This document shows positions 11,227 through 23,300 of a DNA stretch of 64,000 nt, in pieces. This stretch comes from Lingula anatina (taxonomy: Eukaryota; Animalia; Brachiopoda). The position numbers were made by a program, and so were the translations under genes. Within the stretch, counting starts at the first letter, position 1; each line of letters opens with the position of its first letter. The stretch is from NCBI GenBank assembly GCA_051362555.1, contig CM120644.1, forward strand, positions 17,506,534-17,570,533. Direction: 5' to 3'. The notes beneath the pieces were generated by a model. It made no database searches, was not told the origin of the DNA, and saw only the letters and a list, made by a program, of their open reading frames with translations.

Positions 11227-12517
11227 AGAACTGAAACGCAGATAATGTTTAGTTGATTAATTTGAATTATTCAAGTAAATCACATTGTAACTTTCATGAT
11301 TGATAGGGAAACAGATGTGGATCAAGTTGGGTTACCCTCTTCCAGAGCCACCGGTTGATTTTTCACAAGATATTCACATATATGTTTTGGGTTAAATTCA
11401 CGGTTATTTTCTGTACTCGACTCATGAGAAATGTCTACATAATAATAACAGCGGCCCTGTTAGAGGGTATTGTTGAGTCAAGATACCCTACCAACGCAAA
11501 AGAGGATATTGCTTCCTTTTTCCTGCTTATACTGCTAATACTAAGAACATCAAAGTTGCTCTTGCTGGCAGCTAAAAAATTATAATATGAGCGCAAACCA
11601 CAATTCTATAACAATAAGACAATATTCTACTGTACAAGTAAGTCAATACCATATATAAAACAGGCCCGTGGCCAGGGTTGGGGGGGGGGGGTCCCGGGGC
11701 TCGAAAGAACCGTCGCTTTTGCTGGGAAAAGGTCCAATCTGGGTAAAATTGATCTAGGTACATTAAAGTTTTATGGGAAAGGCCCACTTTTTCAGAAAAA
11801 GAACCCCCCTTTGGAAATTGCTGGCTACGGCCATGTAAAATATATGTGTCATTTCATTATGATTAGCACATCACTAACATAATATATAACTTTCTCAAAA
11901 TGACCTACATTTATCTTTGTTTTTTGCAAATATAGCTTGTTATATGCGAATTTGTACTACCGTTGCAGCTGTATTTGTTTTAGTGGTGCTGTAATATAGG
12001 ATTCCAAAGCCAAAATGACTGAAGACACACATTTCAAGTCAGGTTTTATTAAGGATATTGTCACCCTTCGCCCAAAACTCCTTATTTACTGCCTTTCATA
12101 CATTCTTTTGGGTAACAACAAATCTTCAGTGTTCAGTAACTAAATTAATTATCATTTACACGTATGTCATCATTATATGGTGGACGTCATAATTGCGATT
12201 TTAGGGTAATAACTGAAAAATCGGTTTCTGAAATTTTCAATATCCTTAAAGGCTCCCCCCCAAAAAAAAGTTGGCAAGGTGACAGTCTGTGGGAGTTTGT
12301 TAAGGTTAATTGGTGTAAGTCCTTGCTGTAATATTTGATAACACTTACAATACCAGGAACACCTTCATTCAGGAGTATACGAGGAAAGCCCATGCACTTC
12401 TTGGGCAGCAGTTTTTTTTTAATTCACTGAAAAGGTTCAGTTTTTTGATCGATTTCTATTCATTATGATTGAGAAATAATATGAAATAGATCCAACATTC
12501 ACAAAAACTAACACACA

Positions 12518-12561
<44 letters not shown>

Positions 12562-12562
<1 letters not shown>

Positions 12563-12743
12563 GTGTCAATGGCTATGAAATTGCGGTATACAGTTGGAGT
12601 TGGTGCAATGTGAGTTACCGGAAAACACAATGGAGCAGTGCCCGGATGTTCCCCTTCGGATGAGGAAGTATTGGAAAATAACCCCTTCCATTAGACCCGA
12701 TAAAAAAGTGTTGTCCAAACGTACTGGGTAGGCAAAGGTGAGT
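12562..12743 (+). promoter_or_regulatory. Conserved promoter/first-exon module of LRR copy 3
   Basis: CCGGATGT 12642-12649, GAGGAAGT 12662-12669, donor aag|GTGAGT at 12738. Confidence 0.65.
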
Positions 12744-14467
12744 GCTAGGCTACTTCATTTTAATTGATAAGCATGTAGCTTCTGACAAAGACAATTCAGC
12801 CTTATTCAGTATTTCAGTTAACAGAGTGGTACCTCGATAGATAAGTATTAGTAGGCAATCTACAGGGGCATCTGACCGAACAGCGCACTGTCTACTAGTT
12901 ATGTCGGGCCATGTCGCCATTTCTTTAAAGGTTATCAAATAAATTGTCATATCATGAATTTATCATCTGCAACTTTGATATACATAGTCTACAATAACTA
13001 CCGATTCAAATTTTACGTAGCTGCTAAAACCATTCGCTGTCGTTATTAAATAAGATACACGTTCTTGCGGTGCATTTCAGTGGTTGCAAATTTAAGTGTT
13101 TGTACAACAACCTACAAAAATGCAATGTATTGTTCACTTGAACGAGGACATTTTCTGCGTGCATTGTAATATCAAATAGCCTGATTTTATATGATTGAAT
13201 AACTACAAAAGGTGTCAACCGCGAATATTTACAGGTATCACCAGAATACCTGAGCACATAAACTGATTTAGTTTTGATTTGAAAACATGTTCACAGGCCC
13301 GTACAAGTATTAAGTTTATACAAGAGGGGCTAGGCAACACGGAGGGGGAAGACAGAGAAGACCGGGTGACAGGGTGGCAGTGTGTGGTGGGGTATGACGG
13401 GGTGCCCAGGGGGCACTGGGGGTTTGGGGATTTTGCCAAAAGAGAGGCCAGGGGAAGTGGCAAGCACTTTTTTCGCTTCTGTCATTCACTTCGCTTACAT
13501 ATAATATATTTGACAAGGACAATTTAACTGTTACAGTATATGCAGAGCTCAGGGATGGGGAATTTGTCTGGTTGTTTCTCTTTCTTTCTTAAAAATATTT
13601 TTAGGAAAAAGGTACCTGAATATTGCGTCCACCTCATGATTACGCTCTCTGCCCAGGATGCCACTTTCACATTTATCTACATACTGATATTCTGATCGAT
13701 CTCAACTTGTTCTCCCGCTTTAAATGTGTCTTTTCATGAAGTAGCACGACGTATATCTCCAAAACTGAACAATGTATAATTGTACTTTCGTGCATTTTTA
13801 AAATAAGTAAAGGCCCATAAGATAAAGATACACCTCATTATTTATACAGTGCTTGTCAGAAAAAAAAATGTTTCCTATAGGACACCCTATAGGGTGTCCG
13901 AGAAAACTCATGATAGAGTCCTGTAGAGTCCTGAAGAATTCCTTTAGGGTCCTGTAGCCAGTGTAGTATTCCTATAAAGTTAGTACCTACATGTATAAAG
14001 TCATATAGTTTAATGCTTCCCGGGTACACTACCCCACTCCCCTCCCCAGAGACACAATGGACTAATTAATCAAACTAAGATTTTACAATACCTACCAATT
14101 GAAACGCAAATAATGTGTCATTTTCGCTTAGGAATAGGTCTAAAACAACCAAATACTGGGAGAAAGAAGGGTAGACCAAATTAAGCCTGTTTGTGAAATG
14201 CATGTACGCGACCACAGCGCACGCTATACTACATGTACATGTACGGTACTGGGTAAAACCAGTATGTATAGTGCATATTAATAATTCCTAATTTTTCATA
14301 GTTATCATGTTATTTATTCCGAACAGTTATACCAAAAGAAACCCTGGTTGATTAATCTGCATATTTGAAAGAGAGGGAATAGTTAAACCTGCATCCGCCT
14401 ATCGGCGGCATAACAAACTGAGATACAAGTACTTACCTGTAATTGTGTTTTTTTTATTTCTTTCCAG

Positions 14468-16231
14468 ATGTATCTTATATTCTGGTCTATGGTCATATAT
14501 CTTACGGCGACTTACGCTGTATCCACAGTACAGGCAAGGTGTTCATTTATCCCTGACTGTGAGACATGTTATGTAAGCACATACGGAGAAACAAGGGAGA
14601 AGGATTTGTGGACTGTGGTGTGCATTAATTTCAATTGTTCCATTTTATATCCCGGACTAAGATCTTTGAATTCATCAGTGGAGCATCTGGACCTCAGTTA
14701 CATTTATTCGCCCTATGGTGACTGTTTAAATACTTGCAACATCAACGCCAGCAACCCGCTTTCTGTGTTTGGAATAGACTTGTCATACTCGACCGTGGGC
14801 TGGTCAATCTACTGTGCGCATTACAACGGACTGTCGTATTTCTTGAACACTATGAAAATCAAGCTTCGAACGCTTACACTTAAATATGCTACACTGGATT
14901 TGTACCCAGATACTCTGAATTTTTCAAGCTATCCAGTGTTAAGAAATCTTGACTTGACTGGCACTTTTCATAGACTTCGTAGTGGTTACATATCATTAGC
15001 TGGAGCCGCTGCCCTGGAGATGCTGAATTTGGACAACAATCGCCTGAGAGAAGTTCCTTATGAGATACGCAATATGGCATCACTAAAACACCTGTCTCTG
15101 CAACATAACCTTTTAAATAAAACTGCTTTGGATAAGCCCGACATTTTCCCATTGTCACTAAAGTCACTGGATTTAAGTCACAATTACCTCCTAGGAAATG
15201 CAGACTTCAGCTGGATGAATTTGGTAAATTTGCGGACATTGAGAATGCAGGGCACGTCCATTGGTAACCGTTATTTACCCAGAAGTCTCGGGAACATGTC
15301 CAACCTGGAAATATTGGATATAAGTGCCAACGCATTGACGCAGCATTCCTTAGATAACATCGAAACGTTTCCAGGACTGAGGGTTTTAAATTTTTCATTT
15401 AACTACTTTCTGCATGTAATGCCAGCAATTCAAAGATCAAGCTTACTCCGTCGCTTATACCTGCAATCAAATTATATAAGGCATGTGACCCCTGACACGT
15501 TTAGGAATATCTCAAATTTGACCGTGTTGGACCTTGGAGGCAATCAAATTGGTTACCTGGCGCCAATTGCCTTCTCTGGTGTAGAGGAAAGTCTGGAGCG
15601 ATTGTACTTGGATGGTAACCAATTGAATACACTGGACAAATGTGCCATATTACGTCTCACACGCTTGCGTGGACTGAGGATCGGCGGCAACCCATTCCAT
15701 TGTGACTGCAAGGTAGCTTGGCTTCGTTCTTATCGTGATAGAGGAGTAGATAATGATGTAGACAAGGCTTTCTGTAACAGTCCATTGGAATTGAAGGGGC
15801 TGGATGTCAGTGATTTCTCGACAGTAGGTTGCGCCCCCTCACAATTGACCTTTGATGACTGTTTTGAGCCCATTTCGCCAACTTATAATGCACAGGTGAC
15901 TGGAGATGAACCTATGACGTTATTTTCAAGACAGGCTCTTGTCTCAGCACATCTTGCAGTGGGATTCAGCGCCACCTGTTTTGTATTTCTTGTCGTCTAC
16001 ATTACTGTCACGGGGTATCGATTTTATAAGCGATTCCGTGGTAAACAAACCCCAACGAACACTTATAGTGAGAGGACCATGTCTGGGGTACAAAACACCA
16101 ACTTCACCGAGGTCGGGGAAACAGGACCTTACCAGGGATTAGAGAGAGCCTCTCCATACCAGAACTTTGCTGATGGAAACCAACCAACTGGAAATTCCTA
16201 CGAAGCTTTGAATCCACACACAGCAATCTAA
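14468..16231 (+). CDS. LRR transmembrane receptor copy 3 (587 aa, short stalk)
   Basis: Paralog. ATG after tttccag. Stalk ~35-40 aa shorter than in copies 1, 2 and 4. AATAAA at 16264-16269. Confidence 0.93.
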   Translation: MYLIFWSMVIYLTATYAVSTVQARCSFIPDCETCYVSTYGETREKDLWTVVCINFNCSILYPGLRSLNSSVEHLDLSYIYSPYGDCLNTCNINASNPLSVFGIDLSYSTVGWSIYCAHYNGLSYFLNTMKIKLRTLTLKYATLDLYPDTLNFSSYPVLRNLDLTGTFHRLRSGYISLAGAAALEMLNLDNNRLREVPYEIRNMASLKHLSLQHNLLNKTALDKPDIFPLSLKSLDLSHNYLLGNADFSWMNLVNLRTLRMQGTSIGNRYLPRSLGNMSNLEILDISANALTQHSLDNIETFPGLRVLNFSFNYFLHVMPAIQRSSLLRRLYLQSNYIRHVTPDTFRNISNLTVLDLGGNQIGYLAPIAFSGVEESLERLYLDGNQLNTLDKCAILRLTRLRGLRIGGNPFHCDCKVAWLRSYRDRGVDNDVDKAFCNSPLELKGLDVSDFSTVGCAPSQLTFDDCFEPISPTYNAQVTGDEPMTLFSRQALVSAHLAVGFSATCFVFLVVYITVTGYRFYKRFRGKQTPTNTYSERTMSGVQNTNFTEVGETGPYQGLERASPYQNFADGNQPTGNSYEALNPHTAI

Positions 16232-16646
16232 AAAGGTTACCTGAAAACCCTGACATTCTCCTCAATAAAATGTTTTTAATATCTTACAAAAATTGAAACA
16301 TAGATATTGATTTTTTTAACTTAAAAAAACCTACACTGTACATGAAATTTTACTGACAAATTAAGTATGCAAACTGTAAAACTACAAGGGTTGATATTTT
16401 GTTAAACAAATGTGGTTCAAGTTGTAACACACACCAGCATTTGTCTAAACGTAAAGACAGATGTACATGTAGCTTACGGGTGATAGTCTTATCATGGATG
16501 ATAAAATGTTCTAACTGATCGATTGAAATAATCATATCACCTGTATACACTTACAGGGGTATCACATTCACTCAGCGAAAAATAACATTCTACTGCACGT
16601 TAGTATACGATATTTAGAATTAATGCGTAACTGAATTTCAGGCCTA

Positions 16647-16935
16647 TCCAACTACCAGACTCGGCACCGAATGATCTCGAATTCACCGGTAGATCGGACC
16701 ACACTTCCCGTTTTCAATGTGTGCGTCAGTACGCATTTCAGTCACATACCCCGGAACAAATTTTGAGGTGAGAAACATTACTTTCCAACCCTGCTGAGAA
16801 TCATCACTATCACATCACGTACTATGCAAGAGCGGTGTCACGTTTGATACTTCGCAGCGCGTACTGACGTACACCTTGAAAAAAGGGTAGTGTGGTCCGA
16901 TTCAGGATCATTCGGTGCCGAGTCTGGTAGTTGGG
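16647..16935. mobile_element. MITE, same family as 59310-59862
   Basis: TIRs ccaactaccagactcggcacc / ggtgccgagtctggtagttgg, flanked by TA. Confidence 0.8.
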
Positions 16936-17009
16936 TACCTGGCCTCAATTTATGTCAATTCTCATGCTTATATTGGGCTGAGTAATAAATGGTCTGTTTT
17001 ATATTCATT

Positions 17010-17567
17010 ATTTTTCTATAACGAAATGATCGATTTCTACTATGTGGAACAAAGAAGTAAGGGTTAAATAAAACTCATTCACAAAAAATACACACAAACG
17101 AAAGTGTCAGTGGCTATGAGCAGACGGTATACTGTGAGCGTGGGTGCAATGTTAGTTATTGGAAAGCATAACGGGACAGTGCCCGGAAGTAGCTCTTCAA
17201 AACGAGGAAGAATTGCGCTATATAGGCCTACTATGGGCGGCGGTTTATACAAAAATTAAAAACACGATAAGACGTCGTAGTTATCAGATCAGACGGCGAT
17301 ATTTTAGAATTAAACGAGACATTTCTGAACTTCACGCATTAAAAACACGATTAGACGTCGTAGTTATCAGATCGGACGGATTAAAAACACGATTAGACGT
17401 CGTAGTTAACAGATCAGACAGAAAAATACGACTAGTCGTGAACACGTGCACGCAACTAGAAGCGATAACTCGATTTGACGCTAGATGGCCTATAAACCGC
17501 CGCCCATACTATTCCTGTCCATTAGACCAGATGTGAAAGTGGTGCCCAAACATTGGCAAATGTGAGT
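17010..17567 (+). promoter_or_regulatory. Conserved promoter/first-exon module of LRR copy 4, interrupted by a MITE
   Basis: CCGGAAGT 17183-17190, donor aat|GTGAGT at 17562, insertion at 17234-17506. Confidence 0.6.
17234..17506. mobile_element. MITE with 16-bp TIRs, 5-bp TSD (TACTA) and internal ~40-bp repeats
   Basis: TACTA|tgggcggcggtttata...tataaaccgccgccca|TACTA. Three copies of ttaaaaacacgat[at]agacgtcgtagtt. Absent from paralogous promoter modules. Confidence 0.85.
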
Positions 17568-19374
17568 GCTAAGTTAACAGTCATTCATTTGCCAAAGACA
17601 ATTCAGTATTCTTATAGTTATTCGGTATTTTATATAACAGGCTGGTATCTCATTACGTAAAAAAGACCACTGTAGGACCATGACGTCATTTCTCTGATTG
17701 TATGATATTTCCATATACCGTCTTTAAACGATCAATTTGATGAAAACTTAACTTTCTTAACAATTCTGTGATAATTAAGTAGACGCTGCTACGTAATAAA
17801 TGTGCTGGGTCGTGTTATGGTGTTAGTTACTTGGGGTATATTGCATTAGTCACGCCTTTTAAAAGTAATACAGTGCTGGTTAAGCCATCTACAAAGAAAA
17901 GGTCTATACGGTTCACCTAAACGAGGGCATTGTAAGCGTGCAGCATAAAAGACTGGCGTCTCACCTGTCAGATATTGTATTTAAACATTCTCTTTAGTTC
18001 AAGTTCCGTCTTATTGCTCACCTAATTTTACATGGTTGAATATCTACAGATGGTGCAAACCCCCAACGATTTAACGACAGAGCACACAAAACTGATATTA
18101 GTTTTACTTTAAAAACATATATCTGCACATGCTCGATACTGGGTAACAAAATGGGTTATCGTCTTTGAAAGTCTGAAAATATTCTTATATGTTGGATTAC
18201 AATGGGGATGCTTTCATCTGATAAAAAATGGATTTGTCTTATTATAACAAACAATTTTGTATTTCCAAACATTGCTGTGTATTTGATTCTTTTTGATTCT
18301 TATCTGATAATGACACTAAAGCAGCACATAAATCTGGGATACAGACAAACCAGTCTGTTTTGCAGCTGTACATTATGTAGAAAAAAGCTCTACGAATAGT
18401 ATTGTCGTGTTTTTTGGTCATCTCAGGGATCATTTACGGAAAACACACCAAAGAAAAACAAAATTTGCTCTTTGTCGCAAATTTTGATGGGTGAAGAAAA
18501 CGGGTTGTTGTGCATTACTATCGCTTCCGTTTTCAACTTCAGTACAAAGTACTATATCCCATACACGTGAACTAAACAAATCGTTCAATTTCGGGATTCA
18601 AAAACCTGAAATACACTCTGCTTTTCATAAAATAACAATGTTTAAGGAAATCCCGTCATCTGAGCGTTTTATCACAGGTGTTATGAACCAATCCTGTTTC
18701 GCAATCCTTTCCTTCAGACACGCATGACAGCGAAACCACAGCTATCGTGTAGTTTATTCTCAAGTCAGATTCGGTCCAGGAACGTAGCGTAAATAGTGGA
18801 TATTTCCACTGAAGACATAATGAGCCGGTGGCATGAATATCAAATGAGACAAATTTAATTAGCTATATCTTGTTCCCCATTTTCGGCGTGTAACTCACGA
18901 AAAACGAGTGCATGTGATCGCTGTTTAACCGCCGATTCAGGAACGCAACGTGCTTTTTCAACTCTGTGAAGTTAAGTGTACACTTTCTGGATAATTTTTG
19001 TATGTGTTTAATGTTACATTTTCCAAAATTTATGAATATAACTTATTATTATAAGTCAAAATACGATGCATATTCTAAGCGGAAAGCGTGTTGACAAGAT
19101 CGACGCCATGTCGAAATTTTGATGCCTATGCCCTAAGTAATTGGACAAGCAATGAATGACTCTATTTGCTTGCCTAATCCAGTAAATATAAGATATTTGA
19201 CGAGGTCAATATCACGGCAATATATAGCATATCATCATCATCATCATTCCCCTTCGTCCCGTGTGGGACATTAGGCCACAATATGTAGTACACGTAGATG
19301 TAAAATTTACTTATTAGTCTCATGGTTACTTGGTCACATTTTGCTTGTCATTATTATATATACTCTTCTTTTCC

Positions 19375-19383
<9 letters not shown>

Positions 19384-19442
<59 letters not shown>
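19384..19442. repeat. (GT)n(GA)n microsatellite
   Basis: Direct reading. Confidence 0.95.
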
Positions 19443-19445
<3 letters not shown>

Positions 19446-20129
19446 AGGGAGAGAGAGGAAAGGGTAAGAACAGTGTTGCCCATATTGCCCATATTTATTA
19501 ACGTGCTTACATTCTAAACGATCACAGTTGGTTCTACCGCTTAGTACTTTAACATGAAGTAACGCTCCCGATACAGAATGCTGTATCATAGCACGTGAAA
19601 ATGTACATGTAAGAGATTGATTGGTGGCCTTTTTGGGTGAAGGATTTTTTTCATAATTTGTAATGTATGCCTTCTAAATATCATGATCATGAATCATAAT
19701 ATTTTAGGAAAGAAAACATAAATTGCATTTTTTGACAAGAATTTACTCTAATTGACAAGATTTACATACGCAAAGTATATTAAACTTACGAAACCAAGAA
19801 AAATTAATATGAGGCAAAGAAGCAATGTGCGAATTTTTTTTTTTGCAAAAATCATGGTTTAATAAGCTACTACCCTCAGCGTTTCATCGCTGTAAGTCAT
19901 AAAAATTTACAAAGCCATATATTATCGATTAAACAGTTAAATAAATACTTGGATGCACAGAAAAATAATTTAATCAGCGATGTATAATTCAAGTGCTTGG
20001 TACCCACTGTATCCTCACTACGACGATGAGAGTGTAAAGGTACACGATACGCACGACCTGTTACGATTTAATTACGTTGTATTGTAAGTGGTAAAGGCCT
20101 AGGGCTAAAAAGACAAAGGGAAAACACAC

Positions 20130-21072
20130 AATCGGTTGCAAATCAGTTGCAAACCTGTTAGCAACCGGTTGGATACCACATATAGGTTTTCGGTCGCCAG
20201 GAGGTTATCGGTGTTGCACCGAAAATCGGCGCGACCGGATATTTACCCAGCGTTCTTTTGGAAAATCGGACTTTTTTGCAACCGGTGACAGTTGCAAGTC
20301 GCAAAAAGGTCTTTTGTTCAGTGTGACCGTAACCGCACCGGCCTTGCGACCTCATAGAGAGCAAACATTTAAACAACAAAATATTAAGGGGGTAATCTAA
20401 GATAAAAACAAATTCAAACTGCTTTTTTTATTTAGTTTCTTTTATTTGTTCAAATGTTTGTAAAACAGTGTGGGTTTTATCCTTAGAAAGGAAATGAAGT
20501 ATTCCTGATTTTCAAATCCAAGTTCTTTCATCAAATGTTCGGAATTACCATACGAGGGGAGTCTTGCAATCCACGGTCTCATCCAGTATATTCCAGTTTT
20601 TAATTCTTTTTGCTTCTCATGCAAACAAAGTCAATGATTATAGCAGTAACCACGTTCTTATCTATCGAAAGGAGCCATTTTACTAGACTTTTTTTCTTCC
20701 GAGAGGGAAATTTATGAGAAAGCAGCTACCGTCACAAGTTTGCAACATATATATTCTGTGCAACCTTGCTGCTACCAGTTGGCAGGCGATCGCTACAGTC
20801 CTGCAATCGGCTTTCAATCACCAAGTGGTTGCGGCCAGGTTGTTTATCGTTCGGCAAACGGTGTGCGACTGGTAACCTTTAGCTTGAAGATGGTCTGTAA
20901 GAGGTTGTAGCCACCTTACTGCAACCTTGTTGCAAGCAGCTTGCGACTGCTTGCCGATCAAAAAAATGCCATAGCTTCTTAATTACCTCGCGAAGTGATC
21001 GCAAGCGACCTCCAGCTTTTGTGGTTGCAACAAAGTTGTCAAAAGGTTGTAAGGGCAGTGTGACCCAGGCTT
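20130..21072 (-). mobile_element. PIF/Harbinger-like DNA transposon remnant
   Basis: ORF 20442-20624 WMRPWIAR..G..EHLMKEL..ENQEYFISFLRI resembles the Harbinger transposase N-terminus. ggttgcaa-type subterminal repeats. End cagtgtgacccaggctt. Left boundary approximate. Confidence 0.7.
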
Positions 21073-21073
21073 C

Positions 21074-21256
21074 AGCACATACGGAGATTCAAGGGACAGG
21101 GTTTGTGGACGGTGATGTGCAAATGTCCTAATTTTCATTGTATCAATTTATATTTAGAATTAAGGTCTTTGAATGCGACAACGGAGATTCTGGGTCTCAG
21201 CAACTGTGACAGTTTCGCACTAGTTAACGACTATACATATCGGTCTACACACAACC
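21074..21256 (+). pseudogene. Degenerate fragment of an LRR receptor N-terminal region, in the intron upstream of copy 4
   Basis: agcacatacggaga..gggacagggtttgtggacggtgatgtgc..ttaaggtctttgaatgcgaca..ttctgggtctcagc matches the paralog segment encoding STYGETREQDLWT..LRSLNATVELLDLSH, with indels. Confidence 0.85.
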
Positions 21257-21452
21257 AATAAGGTAGGGTTATCAATGAGCACAACGAACTTCCGTTTTTG
21301 GAGTTCACCTTCCTTGAACCAACATATTTAAGAAGTTATAAGAGTCTTGCCCATTTGTACTTGGTATTCTCCTATTGGCGGCCCAAGATATACATGTGCT
21401 ACAAATTGATATTTTAATTAAATCAATAATAGCACTTCCAATTTCTTTCCAG

Positions 21453-23300
21453 ATGTTTCCCATATTCTGGTCTCTATTGCTGTATCTTACGGCCACTATC
21501 ACTGTATCCACAGTACAGGCAAGGTGTCCATTCATCCCTTACTGTGACGCATGCTATGTAAGCACATACGGAGACACCAGGGAGCAGGATTTGTGGACAG
21601 TGGTGTGCAAGTTCTTTAATGTTGATTGTTCCACGCTGTGCTCTGGACTGAGGTCTTTAAATTCGACGGTAGAGCTTCTGGATCTCAGTCACAATTATTT
21701 ATCACTTTACGGCTGTTCATATCAGCCTATATGCTACTTTCTAGGCAGTAACGCAACTTCAGTGTTAGAAATAGATTTGTCCTACGCACACGTGAATGAT
21801 CTTTCAAGCCTTCTGAACATCTTTGAATACAGTGTTCTGACCTTAAAACTTAAATATGCAACAATCAATGAGTACGAGATTATCGATTTTTGGAGATATC
21901 CCATGTTAAGGACTGTTGACCTGAGTGGCACATTTCATGTACTTCTTTATGGTGATATATCACTATATGAAGCCACTTACCTGGAGAGGCTGTACTTGGA
22001 CAACAATAACCTGAGTGAGGTTCCTTATGAGATACGTAATATGCATTCACTGAAACACCTGTCTCTGCAACATAACCTTTTAAACAAAACGGCTTTGGAT
22101 AAACCCGCTATTTTCCCATTGTCATTAGAGTCATTGGATATAAGTCACAATAACCTCCAAGGAAGCGCAGACTTTAGCTGGATGAATTCGGTAAATTTGC
22201 GGACCTTAAGAATGCGGAACACATCTTTTGGTGGCTATTATTTACCCAAAAGTCTCGGGAATATGTCCAACCTGGAAATATTGGATATCAGTGCCAGTAA
22301 ATTGCTGCTGCACGCCTTGTATCTCATCGAAAGGTTTCCAAGGTTGAGGGTTTTAAATTTATCACTCAACAACCTTCAAGATGTAAATCCAGCAATTCAA
22401 AGAACAAGCTCACTTCGTAGGTTATACCTGCGATCAAATGATATATGGTATGTGGCTCCTGAAACTTTTAAGAATATCTCAAATTTGTCCGTGTTGGACT
22501 TTGGAGGCAACAAAATTAGTCACTTGTCGCCCATTGCCTTCTCTGGCGTAGAGGAGAGTCTGGAACAATTGTACTTGGATGGGAACCAATTGAATACACT
22601 GGACAGATGTACCATATTACGTCTCACGCGCTTGCTTAAACTGAGGATTGGCGGCAACCCATTCCATTGTGACTGCAAGGTGGCATGGCTTCGTACATAC
22701 CGTGATAAAGGAGTAGATATCGACTTAGACAGGACTTTCTGTACCAATCCAATAGAATTTAAAGGGATGGATGTAAGTGGCTTTTCGACAGGAGGTTGCG
22801 CCCCCTCACACTTGACTTTGGACATGAATGACTGCTTTAAATTCATTTCGCAGACTAGCAATGTCGTAACTGAAACCTCCCCCAATCATACAGATAGCAC
22901 CACCGGCGCTGGTGAACCACAGCAGATGACGTCACCACATGACGTCACACAGGTAACTGGAAATGAAGCTCAACCTTTGACATCCTTGCATTTTTCAAGA
23001 CAGGCCCTTTCCTCAGCACATCTTGCGATAGGATTTAGCGCCACCTGTCTTGCAATTATTGTCGTCTACATTATTGTCACCGGGTATCGATTTTACAGGC
23101 GATGTCGCGGTAAACAAAGCAAAGCGCCCACTAAAAGTGAGAGGACCATGTCTGGGGTACAAGACACTACCTGTACAGAGGTCGGGGAAACAGGGCCGTA
23201 CGAGGAATTGGAGATCGTCTCTCCTTACCAAAATGTTGCCGATTTAAACCGACCAACTGAAAATTCCTACGAAGCTTTGAATCCACATACAGCAATTTAA
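21453..23300 (+). CDS. LRR transmembrane receptor copy 4
   Basis: Paralog. Likely start is ATG 21453 after acceptor tctttccag. Long stalk nearly identical to copy 1. Confidence 0.93.
   Translation: MFPIFWSLLLYLTATITVSTVQARCPFIPYCDACYVSTYGDTREQDLWTVVCKFFNVDCSTLCSGLRSLNSTVELLDLSHNYLSLYGCSYQPICYFLGSNATSVLEIDLSYAHVNDLSSLLNIFEYSVLTLKLKYATINEYEIIDFWRYPMLRTVDLSGTFHVLLYGDISLYEATYLERLYLDNNNLSEVPYEIRNMHSLKHLSLQHNLLNKTALDKPAIFPLSLESLDISHNNLQGSADFSWMNSVNLRTLRMRNTSFGGYYLPKSLGNMSNLEILDISASKLLLHALYLIERFPRLRVLNLSLNNLQDVNPAIQRTSSLRRLYLRSNDIWYVAPETFKNISNLSVLDFGGNKISHLSPIAFSGVEESLEQLYLDGNQLNTLDRCTILRLTRLLKLRIGGNPFHCDCKVAWLRTYRDKGVDIDLDRTFCTNPIEFKGMDVSGFSTGGCAPSHLTLDMNDCFKFISQTSNVVTETSPNHTDSTTGAGEPQQMTSPHDVTQVTGNEAQPLTSLHFSRQALSSAHLAIGFSATCLAIIVVYIIVTGYRFYRRCRGKQSKAPTKSERTMSGVQDTTCTEVGETGPYEELEIVSPYQNVADLNRPTENSYEALNPHTAI

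Noticed and set aside
12644-12654. NF-kB site (ggatgttcccc) in the promoter module
   Set aside because: Imperfect match to GGGRNNYYCC and not retained in copies 1 and 4. The overlapping ETS core is what is conserved.
17255-17420. CRISPR-like direct repeats
   Set aside because: Eukaryotic context. The repeats lie inside a TIR/TSD-bounded MITE without regular unique spacers, and no cas genes are present.
21375-21452. N-terminal extensions of ORFs starting at 21375 and 9370
   Set aside because: Non-ATG starts in intron sequence upstream of the conserved ttccag|ATG.
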